This document shows positions 32,845 to 41,163 of a stretch of 41,177 nt of DNA, piece by piece (position 1 is the stretch's first letter; each line of letters opens with the position of its first letter). Location of the stretch: NCBI GenBank assembly GCA_021821305.1, contig JAKACP010000001.1:598349-639525 (forward strand), written 5' to 3'. This DNA is from a bacterium (GTDB lineage Bacteria; Patescibacteriota; Minisyncoccia; Moranbacterales; UBA1568). The notes under the pieces are model-generated. The model made no database searches. It saw only the letters and a program-made list of their open reading frames with translations, and was not told the origin of the DNA. A program made the position numbers and the translations under genes.

Positions 32845-34143
32845 ATGAACGAATCATTTCCCCAGACTCCGGACATACAGGAACCGGCGGACAGCATGGA
32901 ACGGAAAAACCGCCGCCTCGTCGGCCGGATCATCCGTATATTCTTTCTCGCCGTCGTCATCTACGTCTCCTACCGGTTCGGCGTCGATCAGGGCCGCAGC
33001 GAGCTTACGGCCGACCCGAACCAGGATCCGATCGCTCCGAACGAGGCGATATTCTTCAATACCGAGCAGAAAGACAGCACTGTCGATTTCGCGCTCTTCT
33101 GGAAGGTCTGGGACATCCTCAAGGAGAAATACGTCGATCAGGACGAGTTGGATGCGAAGCAGCTCTTCTACGGCGCCATCGACGGGATGCTCGCCGCGAC
33201 CGGAGACCCGTACACGACCTTTTTCGACCCCCAGGAACAGAAGGAATTCAACGAGGACATCAGCGGGAAATTCGGCGGGATCGGGGCCGAGATGGGCATA
33301 CGCGACGAGGTTCTGACCATCATCGCGCCGCTCGACGATACGCCAGCCCAGCGCGCCGGACTTCTTCCGAACGACAAGATACTCAACATAGACGGCGAGA
33401 CGTCAACCAACTTCTCCCTTGAGGAAGCCGTCTCACGCATCCGCGGCGACAAGGGGACCGAAGTGAAGCTCACGATCTACCGGAGCGGCGAGGAGGAATC
33501 ACGCGAGGTCACGATCGTCCGGGACATCATCAACGTGAAGAGCATCAAGCTCACCTTCCGTGACGACGGTATCGCGGTCCTCCGCGTGAGCCGCTTCGGC
33601 GACGACACCGAACGGGAGTTCCGCGCCGCCGTCTCGGAGATCGTCGCGAAGAACCCGTCCGGGATGATCCTCGACCTGCGGAGCAATCCGGGCGGCCTGC
33701 TCGATACCGCGGTCGAGATGGCGAGCGCCATGCTTCCGGTCGGAAAAACGGTCGTCATCGAGGAGAACGCCGACGGCGAGCGAAGAGAGGAAAAGGCGCG
33801 CGGCGGAGATAAACTGTCCGGCTTGAAGACGATCGTCCTCATCGACGAGGGCAGCGCGTCGGCCTCTGAGATCCTCGCGGGAGCGCTCCGGGAAAACCGG
33901 GACAACGTCACGCTCGTCGGCAAGAAATCCTACGGGAAAGGCTCGGTGCAGGAAGTGGTGCCCACGAGCCGTGATACGTCGGTCAAGATCACGATCGCCC
34001 GCTGGCTCACCCCGGACGGACACCAGATCCACGAACAGGGCATCTCACCGGACGTGGAAATCGGCATCACCGCCGACGATCTCCAGAACGACCGCGATCC
34101 CCAGATGGACAAGGCCGTCGAACTCCTGACCACCGGCAATTGA
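32845..34143 (+). CDS. ctpA: S41-family C-terminal processing peptidase with PDZ domain
   Basis: FGGIGAEMG, PDZ motif APLDDTPAQRAGLLPNDKILNIDG, DLRSNPGGLL, and LIDEGSASASEILAGAL. Confidence 0.85.
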   Translation: MNESFPQTPDIQEPADSMERKNRRLVGRIIRIFFLAVVIYVSYRFGVDQGRSELTADPNQDPIAPNEAIFFNTEQKDSTVDFALFWKVWDILKEKYVDQDELDAKQLFYGAIDGMLAATGDPYTTFFDPQEQKEFNEDISGKFGGIGAEMGIRDEVLTIIAPLDDTPAQRAGLLPNDKILNIDGETSTNFSLEEAVSRIRGDKGTEVKLTIYRSGEEESREVTIVRDIINVKSIKLTFRDDGIAVLRVSRFGDDTEREFRAAVSEIVAKNPSGMILDLRSNPGGLLDTAVEMASAMLPVGKTVVIEENADGERREEKARGGDKLSGLKTIVLIDEGSASASEILAGALRENRDNVTLVGKKSYGKGSVQEVVPTSRDTSVKITIARWLTPDGHQIHEQGISPDVEIGITADDLQNDRDPQMDKAVELLTTGN

Positions 34144-34155
34144 CGCTGGCGGTCG

Positions 34156-34184
34156 TTGACAGAGAGTGCCAATCTTTCTACAAT
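34156..34184 (+). promoter_or_regulatory. near-consensus sigma70 promoter of groES
   Basis: TTGACA-N17-TACAAT, read directly. Confidence 0.6.
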
Positions 34185-34217
34185 GGAAGACGTGTTAACC
34201 GGATAAGACGAACACCT

Positions 34218-34502
34218 ATGACGAAATCCATCGTGAAACCGCTCGGGGAAAATATTCTCGTCAGCCCCGAGAAGCCGGAGAAGAAGACCGACGCGGGCAT
34301 CTTCCTGCCGGACAGCTCATCGCCCGAGCGCCCCCAGCAGGGCAAGGTGGTGGCCGTCGGCGACAGCGAGAAGATCAAGGTCAAGAAGGGACAGACGGTC
34401 ATCTACACCCGCTACGGCGGAGCCGAGGTCAAGATCGACGGCGAGGAATACCTCATCGTAGGGGTCAAGGACGTGCTCGCGGTCGTGGAGAAAGGGAAAT
34501 AA
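34218..34502 (+). CDS. groES: co-chaperonin GroES
   Basis: MTKSIVKPLGENILV...AGIFLPDS...GKVVAVG...GQTVIYTRYGGAEVKIDGEEYLIV. The tracked start at 34140 overlaps ctpA; the ATG at 34218 gives the canonical 94 aa. Confidence 0.9.
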   Translation: MTKSIVKPLGENILVSPEKPEKKTDAGIFLPDSSSPERPQQGKVVAVGDSEKIKVKKGQTVIYTRYGGAEVKIDGEEYLIVGVKDVLAVVEKGK

Positions 34503-34523
34503 ACGGAGGGCCGTATCGCGCAT

Positions 34524-34556
34524 AAAAAAATCCTACCATCTTCGGTAGGATTTTTC
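34524..34556. terminator. bidirectional intrinsic terminator
   Basis: aaaaaaa-TCCTACC-atcttc-GGTAGGA-ttttt. Confidence 0.75.
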
Positions 34557-34575
34557 GTTCGCGAAAGGGACGGGA

Positions 34576-35385
34576 TCATTTGTCCGTGACCGGGAAGCCT
34601 CTCGTTTCCCACTCGGAGAAACTCACGTCGAGCGTCTTCACCGAGAAGACCCCGAAATCGAAAAGTCGGGTGGATGCCTGAAATGCCTCGAGATCGTCCT
34701 CGCCGTAGAGCGCCACGTTCGTCGCGGGCGGAATCTCGCCGCGGCGCTTCTCGAGCTCCGAGAACGGGATATTGTACGACTCCGGCACATGGGATTTCGC
34801 GAACGCCTCCGCGCTGCGGATATCGAGTATCATATGGAGTATGCGCCGATCCTCGACGATGGATTTGAACGCGTCCGCGGACACGAAATTCACCTTCGAA
34901 CGGTCGGTGGGGGAAGCCGGGTTTCCGAACGCGACCACCGGCCCGCCGGCGGTCTCCCATCCGGTGATGCCTCCCTCGATGATGGAAACACGGACGCCCT
35001 TTTCCGTGAGCGTACGCATGGCATCCGCGGTCAGCTCCGGCTCCCGGGCCGGGATCACGAGGACATCCGTTCCTCCGACGGCGGCGTACCCGTCGATCGT
35101 CTCTGCGGGAACGGATACCGAATCGGGGATATGCGACGCCTGATACTCCACATCTGTCCGGATATCGAGGACGATCGGCCGCGTGCCCGACGCGAGCGAC
35201 AGCCGGACGGCTTCGGCGGGAGCGACGGAGGGGAGTGCCTGCTCCTCGGTCACGGCCGTAGCGGTCGCGTCATCCTGTTCCGGGGACATTCCCTTGACCG
35301 CGAAAAAGACGACGACCACGACGACCAGACCGAATCCGATGATGATCGCGGTGGCATCCTGCCGCGAGAACGCTCGATCCTGCAT
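34576..35385 (-). CDS. membrane-anchored tandem rhodanese-domain protein
   Basis: N-terminal TM segment, then two rhodanese-like repeats (IVLDIRTDVEYQASHIPDSVSVP and MILDIRSAEAFAKSHVPESYNIPF). Confidence 0.75.
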   Translation of the reverse strand: MQDRAFSRQDATAIIIGFGLVVVVVVFFAVKGMSPEQDDATATAVTEEQALPSVAPAEAVRLSLASGTRPIVLDIRTDVEYQASHIPDSVSVPAETIDGYAAVGGTDVLVIPAREPELTADAMRTLTEKGVRVSIIEGGITGWETAGGPVVAFGNPASPTDRSKVNFVSADAFKSIVEDRRILHMILDIRSAEAFAKSHVPESYNIPFSELEKRRGEIPPATNVALYGEDDLEAFQASTRLFDFGVFSVKTLDVSFSEWETRGFPVTDK

Positions 35386-35469
35386 AGGTGTATGTTTACC
35401 ATATTAAGAGCCCGCCCGATATCTCATCACGGGATGAGGAAGGGAGAGGCTCTCTCTGCCGACGCCACC

Positions 35470-35478
35470 ATTATAGCA
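35470..35478 (-). promoter_or_regulatory. extended -10 (TGcTATAAT) for the rhodanese gene
   Basis: Minus strand ggaaagTGCTATAATggtgg, about 85 nt upstream of the ATG at 35385. Confidence 0.4.
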
Positions 35479-35494
35479 CTTTCCGGACACGGTC

Positions 35495-36493
35495 CTATTC
35501 GAGAATACTTCCGAGGAACCCTTTTCGGCCATTGAGGAAATCGCGTACCGCCATCTCGTCCTTGCCGGACGGTTGGAGCGATTCGATGAAGACGACGCCC
35601 GAGCCCGTCTGCACGCCTATCCTTTCTCCCGATTCGAACACCTCGCCGAGCCGTTTCCGGGGTGCGGGGTCGGCCTTGTCGATCGATATCCGGGTCAGTT
35701 TGAGGCGGAGGAATTCCCCGTCGGCCACTCTCCAGAACGTGAAGATGCCCGGCCAGGGCGACAACCCGCGGAACTGGTTCCATATCGTCTCGGCGGTCTC
35801 GTTCCAGAGTATCCGTCCGTCATCACGTTCGATCAACTGGCAGAGGGTCGCTCCGGTCTCCGGCTGCGGACGGACTTCGATCTTGCGGCGGATGAAGAGG
35901 GGGAGCGTCCCGACCAGGAGATTCGCGCCGACCTCGGCGAGCCGGTCGAGAAGCGTCGCGGACGTGTCGTCGGAAGCGATGGGAACGGTCTCCTGTGCGA
36001 CGATGGCACCGGTATCCATACCTTCATCCATGAGCATGATAGTGACGCCGGTCTCCTCGTCTCCCGACAGGAGCGCGTTCTGGACAGGCGACGCGCCGCG
36101 CCAGCGCGGAAGAAGCGACCCATGGATATTGAGACAGCCGAATCCGGGAATATCGAGCACCTCCTTGGGAAGGATCTTCCCGTAGGCGGCCACGATGATC
36201 ACGTCGGGCTTGTACTGCCGCAGGGTCTCGATCGCCGCCTGGTCGAAACCTGCCGGCTGTTCGACCGGAATCGAATTCCCGACGGCGAGAAGCTTGACCG
36301 GGGAAGCCGTGACTTCCTGCTTGCGACCGACCGGCTTGTCCGGCTGCGTGTAGACCGCGACGACGTGGTAGGTCGTGTCGAGGAGTTTCCGGAGCGCGGT
36401 TGCGGCGAAATCGGGCGTCCCCATGAAGACGACCCGGATCTGGGGCACCGCGGAGGTTTCCTTGCTGCGGCTTCGGAGCACGTCAAAGAGCAT
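35495..36493 (-). CDS. fmt: methionyl-tRNA formyltransferase
   Basis: VVFMGTPDFA, NIHGSLLPRWRGASPVQ and GVTIM. Overlaps the def stop by 11 nt. Confidence 0.9.
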   Translation of the reverse strand: MLFDVLRSRSKETSAVPQIRVVFMGTPDFAATALRKLLDTTYHVVAVYTQPDKPVGRKQEVTASPVKLLAVGNSIPVEQPAGFDQAAIETLRQYKPDVIIVAAYGKILPKEVLDIPGFGCLNIHGSLLPRWRGASPVQNALLSGDEETGVTIMLMDEGMDTGAIVAQETVPIASDDTSATLLDRLAEVGANLLVGTLPLFIRRKIEVRPQPETGATLCQLIERDDGRILWNETAETIWNQFRGLSPWPGIFTFWRVADGEFLRLKLTRISIDKADPAPRKRLGEVFESGERIGVQTGSGVVFIESLQPSGKDEMAVRDFLNGRKGFLGSILE

Positions 36494-36953
36494 AGGCGTT
36501 TTTTATGTTCTGGGAACGGTACCGGTCGATGATGAGCGTACCTTCGAGGTGATCGATCTCGTGCTGGAGCACGATGGCGAGGAATCCCGTCAGGGTCAGT
36601 TTCCGTGATTTCCCGGCCGTATCGTCATAGCGGATCGTGATCTTTTCCGAGCGTTCGATCGGGAAGAATTCTCCCGGAAGCGAGAGACACCCTTCCTCGA
36701 AAATGACCTTCTCCTCGGACATCCTGATGATCTTCGGATTGAAATAGACGGACACGACGCCATTCACCTCGACGACGCACATGCTGATCGACCGGTCGAT
36801 CTGCGGCGCGGCGAGACCGACGCCGTCGGCCTTGCGCATCGTCTCGATCATCTCGGGAATGAGCGCCCGTATCTCGGGCGCGGTCGGATCGGCGACGCGT
36901 TCGACGCGCCGGTGGAGGACTTCCTGGGTTTCTCCGGTGATGATCGGAAGCAT
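36483..36953 (-). CDS. def: peptide deformylase
   Basis: GVGLAAPQI, EGCLSLPG and QHEIDHLEG. Confidence 0.9.
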   Translation of the reverse strand: MLPIITGETQEVLHRRVERVADPTAPEIRALIPEMIETMRKADGVGLAAPQIDRSISMCVVEVNGVVSVYFNPKIIRMSEEKVIFEEGCLSLPGEFFPIERSEKITIRYDDTAGKSRKLTLTGFLAIVLQHEIDHLEGTLIIDRYRSQNIKNAYAL

Positions 36954-36968
36954 AGGGGTAAGAAGTTC

Positions 36969-38936
36969 CTATAAAAGGGAGAGGGGATCGGGATCGAATA
37001 TCCAGCCTTTCGGGAGGGAGCGGAGTATCCGGGACAGCGGTTCCGGAAATCCCTCTCCGCGCGCGACGGACACGAGGATGGTCCGTTCGTACCGGCCGCG
37101 GGTCTTGGCCGAGATCGGCTTGCGCGGCGGCGAGACGCGGATGTCGGGGAAGCGCTCCGCCTCGGGCGCAAGGAGCGCGTATGCGCGTTCGGCGGATTCC
37201 GATGCCGCGGATTCGTCCGGATCCCGGAACGAGATTCGGAACAGGGTATAAAACGGCGGATATCGGAGCGCGCGCCGGTCCTCGGACGACTTCGCGAGAA
37301 ACGCGTGTTCCGTCCCGTTCGCGACGCTTTGGAATAATTCGCGTTCGGGATGATATGACTGGAGGATGAACGTTCCTCTCCCCTCCGAACCGACTGATCG
37401 CTTGGCTCGTCCGACGATACGGACGAATCGCTCGTCGGCCTGAAAATCGGGGAAAGAAAGGAGATTCTCCGCATCCATGATAGCAACGAGACCGACTTTC
37501 GGCAACTGCCCGGCGTTCAGGACCGCGGGCGTTCCGATGACGATATCGGCCTCGTTCGCCGCGGCGACAGCCTCCTCCACGGAACCGCTTTTCCTCCGGG
37601 AAGCCTCCTCGACCCGGACGACACGCGAACCCGGAAAAAAGCGCTTCGCCTCCCGTTCGATCTTCTCGGTCCCGGATCCGACATTGCGGAACGACATCGA
37701 GCCGCACTTCTCGCAACGGGGAAACTCGGTCGTCCGATAGGCGCATGCGGGACAGAAGAAATGCCCCTCGCGCGAGGATCGGAGCGCGCGGTCGCAATCC
37801 GGACAGCGAGGGATGTGCTTGCAGGACTCGCAGACCGAAAACGTGTCGAGTCCGCCCCGGCTCGCGATGAGAAGCACGCGCTCTCCCCGTGCGCGCACGT
37901 TCCCTATCTCATAGCGGAGCACCTCCGAGAAGATCGAGTAGTTCTTCTTCCAGCGTTCCTGGCGCATATCGACGAGGACCACATCCGTGTCCGGCTCGGG
38001 CCGGAGGGAGGGGAGCATACGGATCGAGCGTTCCTCGACGCGCAGTTCCACGGCGCTTTCCGGAACCTCTCCGGAGAACACGAGGTGCGCGCCGTGCATA
38101 TCCGCGAGCGTCTCCGCGACGCGGCGCCCGTCATATCGGGGGCTCATATCCCACTGCTTGTACCCGACGGCTTCGGCCTCCTCGAGGACGGCGGCAAGAC
38201 CGAGACGACGGAAGGGCGCGAAGAGCGCCTGACGCGTACCGATCACGATATCGGCTTCTCCGGATCGGACGCGTTCCCACGCGGAAAAAAACGCTCCCGG
38301 AGCGAGCTTGCTATGGAGTATCGCCACGCGGTCCGGACCGAAGACTCCTCTCAGGAATTCCGACGTCGCCGGAATGGCGAGGATTTCCGGAACGAGGACG
38401 AGCGTCTGCGATCCTTTCGGGAGGGACCGGGCCGCACCGGCGAGGATGCGAAGCGACTCTTGGGCGGACATCCGAAGGAACGCCGGTTTCTTCGACTTCG
38501 AGACGAGCTTCTCCGCGATGCGCTTTTCGCCCGCCGTGAGCCGGAGCGGGCGCTTTTTCCCGCGCTCGACCGTTTCGGACTCCGCCTTCTTCGCGCGCTC
38601 CTTGACCTGCGGAGGCAGGAAGTGGCGGAGCGTCTTGCCGAGCGGCGTGAGGCAGGTTTCGGAAATGTGCCCGGCGAGCGCCACCTGCTCGGGTGTCAGG
38701 AACGACGGAACGAGGACCGACGACACGCGCTTGAGTCTCATCGGACGAGGCGCTTCGGATATCCCGACGCACGAGAGCGCCACGCCGCGGACATGCTGTC
38801 GTCCGAAAGGAACGAGCAGGAGCGAGCCGGAAGGGATGTCGGCATCCGAAAGATAGGAGAATGAGGCGCGGCCGCCGGCACCGAGGGGAACGATCGGCGC
38901 CACATCGACCAGAAAGAGGGGAGAGTGTTTGTCCAT
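36969..38936 (-). CDS. priA: primosomal protein N' (PriA) homolog with degenerate helicase motifs
   Basis: Colinear with PriA (VPFGRQHVRGV, LVLVPEI, IVIGTR.ALF, four CxxC zinc-finger pairs, IVIGT, C-terminal domain) and in the conserved priA-def-fmt order. I used the ATG at 38936 (MDKHSPLFLVDV). Confidence 0.8.
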   Translation of the reverse strand: MDKHSPLFLVDVAPIVPLGAGGRASFSYLSDADIPSGSLLLVPFGRQHVRGVALSCVGISEAPRPMRLKRVSSVLVPSFLTPEQVALAGHISETCLTPLGKTLRHFLPPQVKERAKKAESETVERGKKRPLRLTAGEKRIAEKLVSKSKKPAFLRMSAQESLRILAGAARSLPKGSQTLVLVPEILAIPATSEFLRGVFGPDRVAILHSKLAPGAFFSAWERVRSGEADIVIGTRQALFAPFRRLGLAAVLEEAEAVGYKQWDMSPRYDGRRVAETLADMHGAHLVFSGEVPESAVELRVEERSIRMLPSLRPEPDTDVVLVDMRQERWKKNYSIFSEVLRYEIGNVRARGERVLLIASRGGLDTFSVCESCKHIPRCPDCDRALRSSREGHFFCPACAYRTTEFPRCEKCGSMSFRNVGSGTEKIEREAKRFFPGSRVVRVEEASRRKSGSVEEAVAAANEADIVIGTPAVLNAGQLPKVGLVAIMDAENLLSFPDFQADERFVRIVGRAKRSVGSEGRGTFILQSYHPERELFQSVANGTEHAFLAKSSEDRRALRYPPFYTLFRISFRDPDESAASESAERAYALLAPEAERFPDIRVSPPRKPISAKTRGRYERTILVSVARGEGFPEPLSRILRSLPKGWIFDPDPLSLL

Positions 38937-38974
38937 GCCCTTATTGTACCTTGCATCGGCTCCGAATGATATCC

Positions 38975-39003
38975 TTGACTTGATGCCTTTTTTGGTGTAT
39001 AAT
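38975..39003 (+). promoter_or_regulatory. near-consensus sigma70 promoter
   Basis: TTGACT-N17-TATAAT (with TG two nt upstream of the -10), about 70 nt upstream of the ATG at 39076. Confidence 0.6.
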
Positions 39004-39075
39004 ACTGCAATCGTGCCCAATTTCGTTTTCTTGGACATGATGGTTCGTTTCTTCACAACAGCACAAGGAGGCTAC

Positions 39076-39504
39076 ATGCCGAAAAGCATCGATTTACTGG
39101 AACAGGGGCTCAAAGACGGCCGTTACACCCAGGTTTCCATCGACTCCGACCTTGCCGTCACGGTGAGGGCGGTGTACGTCAGCGGGTTTCAAAAGGAACC
39201 ATACGAAAGAAACGGCGCCATATGGATGGGCTACTATGTCGCTCCGCTCGACCCGACAACGATGAAAGGGCCGGCCGGAGAATCAAGGCAGGAAACGATC
39301 CTCTCCGGACAGCACCTCATGGACGAGGTGAAAAAGCGTTTCTTCCCGTTCGATATCCAGAACTATGACTGGCTCTGCGGGTTCGAATCGCTCGGTGGCC
39401 GGAAATTCTTCGAATGGAACGACGAAGCCTGTCCCGAAACCAAACGGGATATCCTCAAGCCCCGCCTGGCCAGGGGAGTCCAAGGCCATCAATCGGATGC
39501 CTGA
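39076..39504 (+). CDS. hypothetical protein (142 aa)
   Basis: Strong SD (acAAGGAGGctacATG), promoter and terminator. No family recognised. AT-richer than neighbouring genes. Confidence 0.6.
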   Translation: MPKSIDLLEQGLKDGRYTQVSIDSDLAVTVRAVYVSGFQKEPYERNGAIWMGYYVAPLDPTTMKGPAGESRQETILSGQHLMDEVKKRFFPFDIQNYDWLCGFESLGGRKFFEWNDEACPETKRDILKPRLARGVQGHQSDA

Positions 39505-39521
39505 TTCCCTCCTCTAGCCGA

Positions 39522-39560
39522 CCGCCCGACACGCAACATCGTGTCGAGGCGGTTTTTTTT
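39522..39560 (+). terminator. intrinsic terminator
   Basis: CCGCCCGACACG-caacat-CGTGTCGAGGCGG followed by tttttttt. Confidence 0.8.
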
Positions 39561-39586
39561 GCCTTTTCCGCCTCCTCTGCTACACT
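39559..39586 (+). promoter_or_regulatory. possible promoter for the structured region and thpR
   Basis: TTGCCT-N16-TACACT, overlapping the terminator T-run. Confidence 0.3.
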
Positions 39587-39631
39587 CAAAAAGAAGTGGA
39601 ACGAAACTACGAGGATGAACCATTCGGCGGA

Positions 39632-39791
39632 AAAGACTCCCTATCACTCTTTTTCGCCGGAACAGCTTGTCTGAAAAACCCTTCGCTTTCAAAAAATTTC
39701 CTTGGGATGCCGTAGAGGGAGGGAAATTTTTTGGAAGAGCGAAGAGGGTTTGAGTCCTGTTTCCAGGAAAAGACGTGGATAGGGAGTCTTT
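39632..39791 (+). other. nested inverted repeats forming a ~160-nt rod-like hairpin (candidate structured RNA / long thpR leader)
   Basis: Four helices. P1 is 39632-39645/39778-39791 (14 bp, perfect). P2 is 39648-39653/39768-39773. P3 is 39659-39665/39757-39764 (1 bulge). P4 is ~39676-39702/39720-39751 (two small bulges). Confidence 0.45.
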
Positions 39792-39819
39792 GCTTATGAA
39801 CAGGGTATCTGATGATCAT

Positions 39820-40371
39820 ATGAACGAGAAAAAACTTTTTTTCGGCATCCCGCTCGAACCGCGTTCACAGAAACGGATCCTCCGCGCGGAAGAGGGATGG
39901 GACACGCTTCCGCTCTTCCTCTCGCGGCCGGAGTTCCTGCACGTGACCGTTTTTTTCATGGGGTTCCTCAAGAACGAGGATATCGCCGGCATCTCCGAAG
40001 CCGCCCGCCGGATCTGTGCCGAGGTCGAGCCCTTCGACATCGTCTTCGATGAGATCACGCTCGCACCGGATACGGATGAGCCCAAGATGATCTGGCTCTC
40101 GGGTGTCGAGAACGAATCGCTCCTCCTCCTGCGCAATGCCTTCGAGCGCGAATTCTCCGAAAAGCTCGCAGAGAACAAACGGTTCCGGCCCCACGTGACG
40201 CTGGCGCGGATCCGGCGGAGCCGCTGGTCGGCACTGTCACCGGAAAAACTGCCCGCCTTCCCGATCCCGATATCCATCGTCGAATCCGTATCGAGCGTCG
40301 TCCTCTTCGAGAGCACGACCGAAGGCGGGGGACGACAATACATCCCGCTCGACGAGTATCCGCTGGGATAA
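39820..40371 (+). CDS. thpR: RNA 2',3'-cyclic phosphodiesterase / 2'-5' RNA ligase family (2H phosphoesterase)
   Basis: Two H-x-T-x motifs, LHVTVFF and PHVTLAR, with typical spacing. Start MNEKKLFFGIPL; an alternative ATG lies at 39796. Confidence 0.8.
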   Translation: MNEKKLFFGIPLEPRSQKRILRAEEGWDTLPLFLSRPEFLHVTVFFMGFLKNEDIAGISEAARRICAEVEPFDIVFDEITLAPDTDEPKMIWLSGVENESLLLLRNAFEREFSEKLAENKRFRPHVTLARIRRSRWSALSPEKLPAFPIPISIVESVSSVVLFESTTEGGGRQYIPLDEYPLG

Positions 40372-40440
40372 CATCAAATTGTTCCAGGCGAAAAAAAGTG
40401 GCGGGAGGCTTTTCGACCATCCGAGGTTTTTCGAAAACAT

Positions 40441-41163
40441 ATGAACATCTTCGGCATAGACATGGAAAACGTCTCCCGGGAAGAGCTGTTCGGGCGGATC
40501 CGGCAATTCCTCGATGAACCCACGTACCACCAGGTCGCGACCGTCAATCCGGAATTTCTCCTCGAAGCGGAGCGCGACCCCGCGTTCCGCGCCGTCCTGC
40601 GCTCGTGCGACCTGCGGACCGTGGACGGATCCGGCATCGTGCTCGCCGGGCTCCTGCGGGGCGAGCGCCTGCGGCGCTATCCGGGCGCGGACCTCATGGA
40701 GGACCTGCTCGCCCTCGCCGAGCACGAGGGGAAAAGCATCTTCTTCGCGGTCAACCGCATGGGCCTCTCTTCGTTCGCCGACATATCGGAAGCGGTCCGG
40801 AGACGCTTCCCGCGCATCTCCTTCGACGGACGCGATATCGACTTCGAGAAAATCGGGCAGGAGTGGACGAATGCCGGAACCGCCGAGATCGTATTCTGCA
40901 ACGCCGGCACACCGATCCAGGAGCTCTTCCTCGCCGGGCTCCGCGCGCATCCGGGAAGCGTCCGGCTCGGCATCGGTGTCGGGGGAGCCTTCGACTTCCT
41001 GACCGGAAAACGGAGACGCGCCCCGGAGCGGATGCGATCCCTGGGAATCGAATGGCTTTGGCGGCTCGTATGGGAGCCATGGCGGGCGAAGCGCATCTGG
41101 AAATCGACCGCGGTATTCCTCTGGAAAACATCAGTGAATAAAAAAATACCCGCCGACAGATGA
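40441..41163 (+). CDS. WecB/TagA/CpsF-family (GT26) glycosyltransferase
   Basis: VATVNPEFLLEA, DGSGIVLAG, and GIGVGGAFDFLTGKRRRAP...GIEWLWRL. Confidence 0.85.
   Translation: MNIFGIDMENVSREELFGRIRQFLDEPTYHQVATVNPEFLLEAERDPAFRAVLRSCDLRTVDGSGIVLAGLLRGERLRRYPGADLMEDLLALAEHEGKSIFFAVNRMGLSSFADISEAVRRRFPRISFDGRDIDFEKIGQEWTNAGTAEIVFCNAGTPIQELFLAGLRAHPGSVRLGIGVGGAFDFLTGKRRRAPERMRSLGIEWLWRLVWEPWRAKRIWKSTAVFLWKTSVNKKIPADR

Noticed and set aside
34140-34217. CIRCE (HrcA) operator upstream of groES
   Set aside because: Only a right-half-like GAGTGCCAA is present. By eye, the expected left half matches about 5 of 9 positions, which is too weak to call.
39371-39392. tRNA-like T-arm sequence GGGTTCGAATCGC
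   Set aside because: It lies inside the 142-aa CDS. The flanking sequence does not form acceptor, D or anticodon stems.
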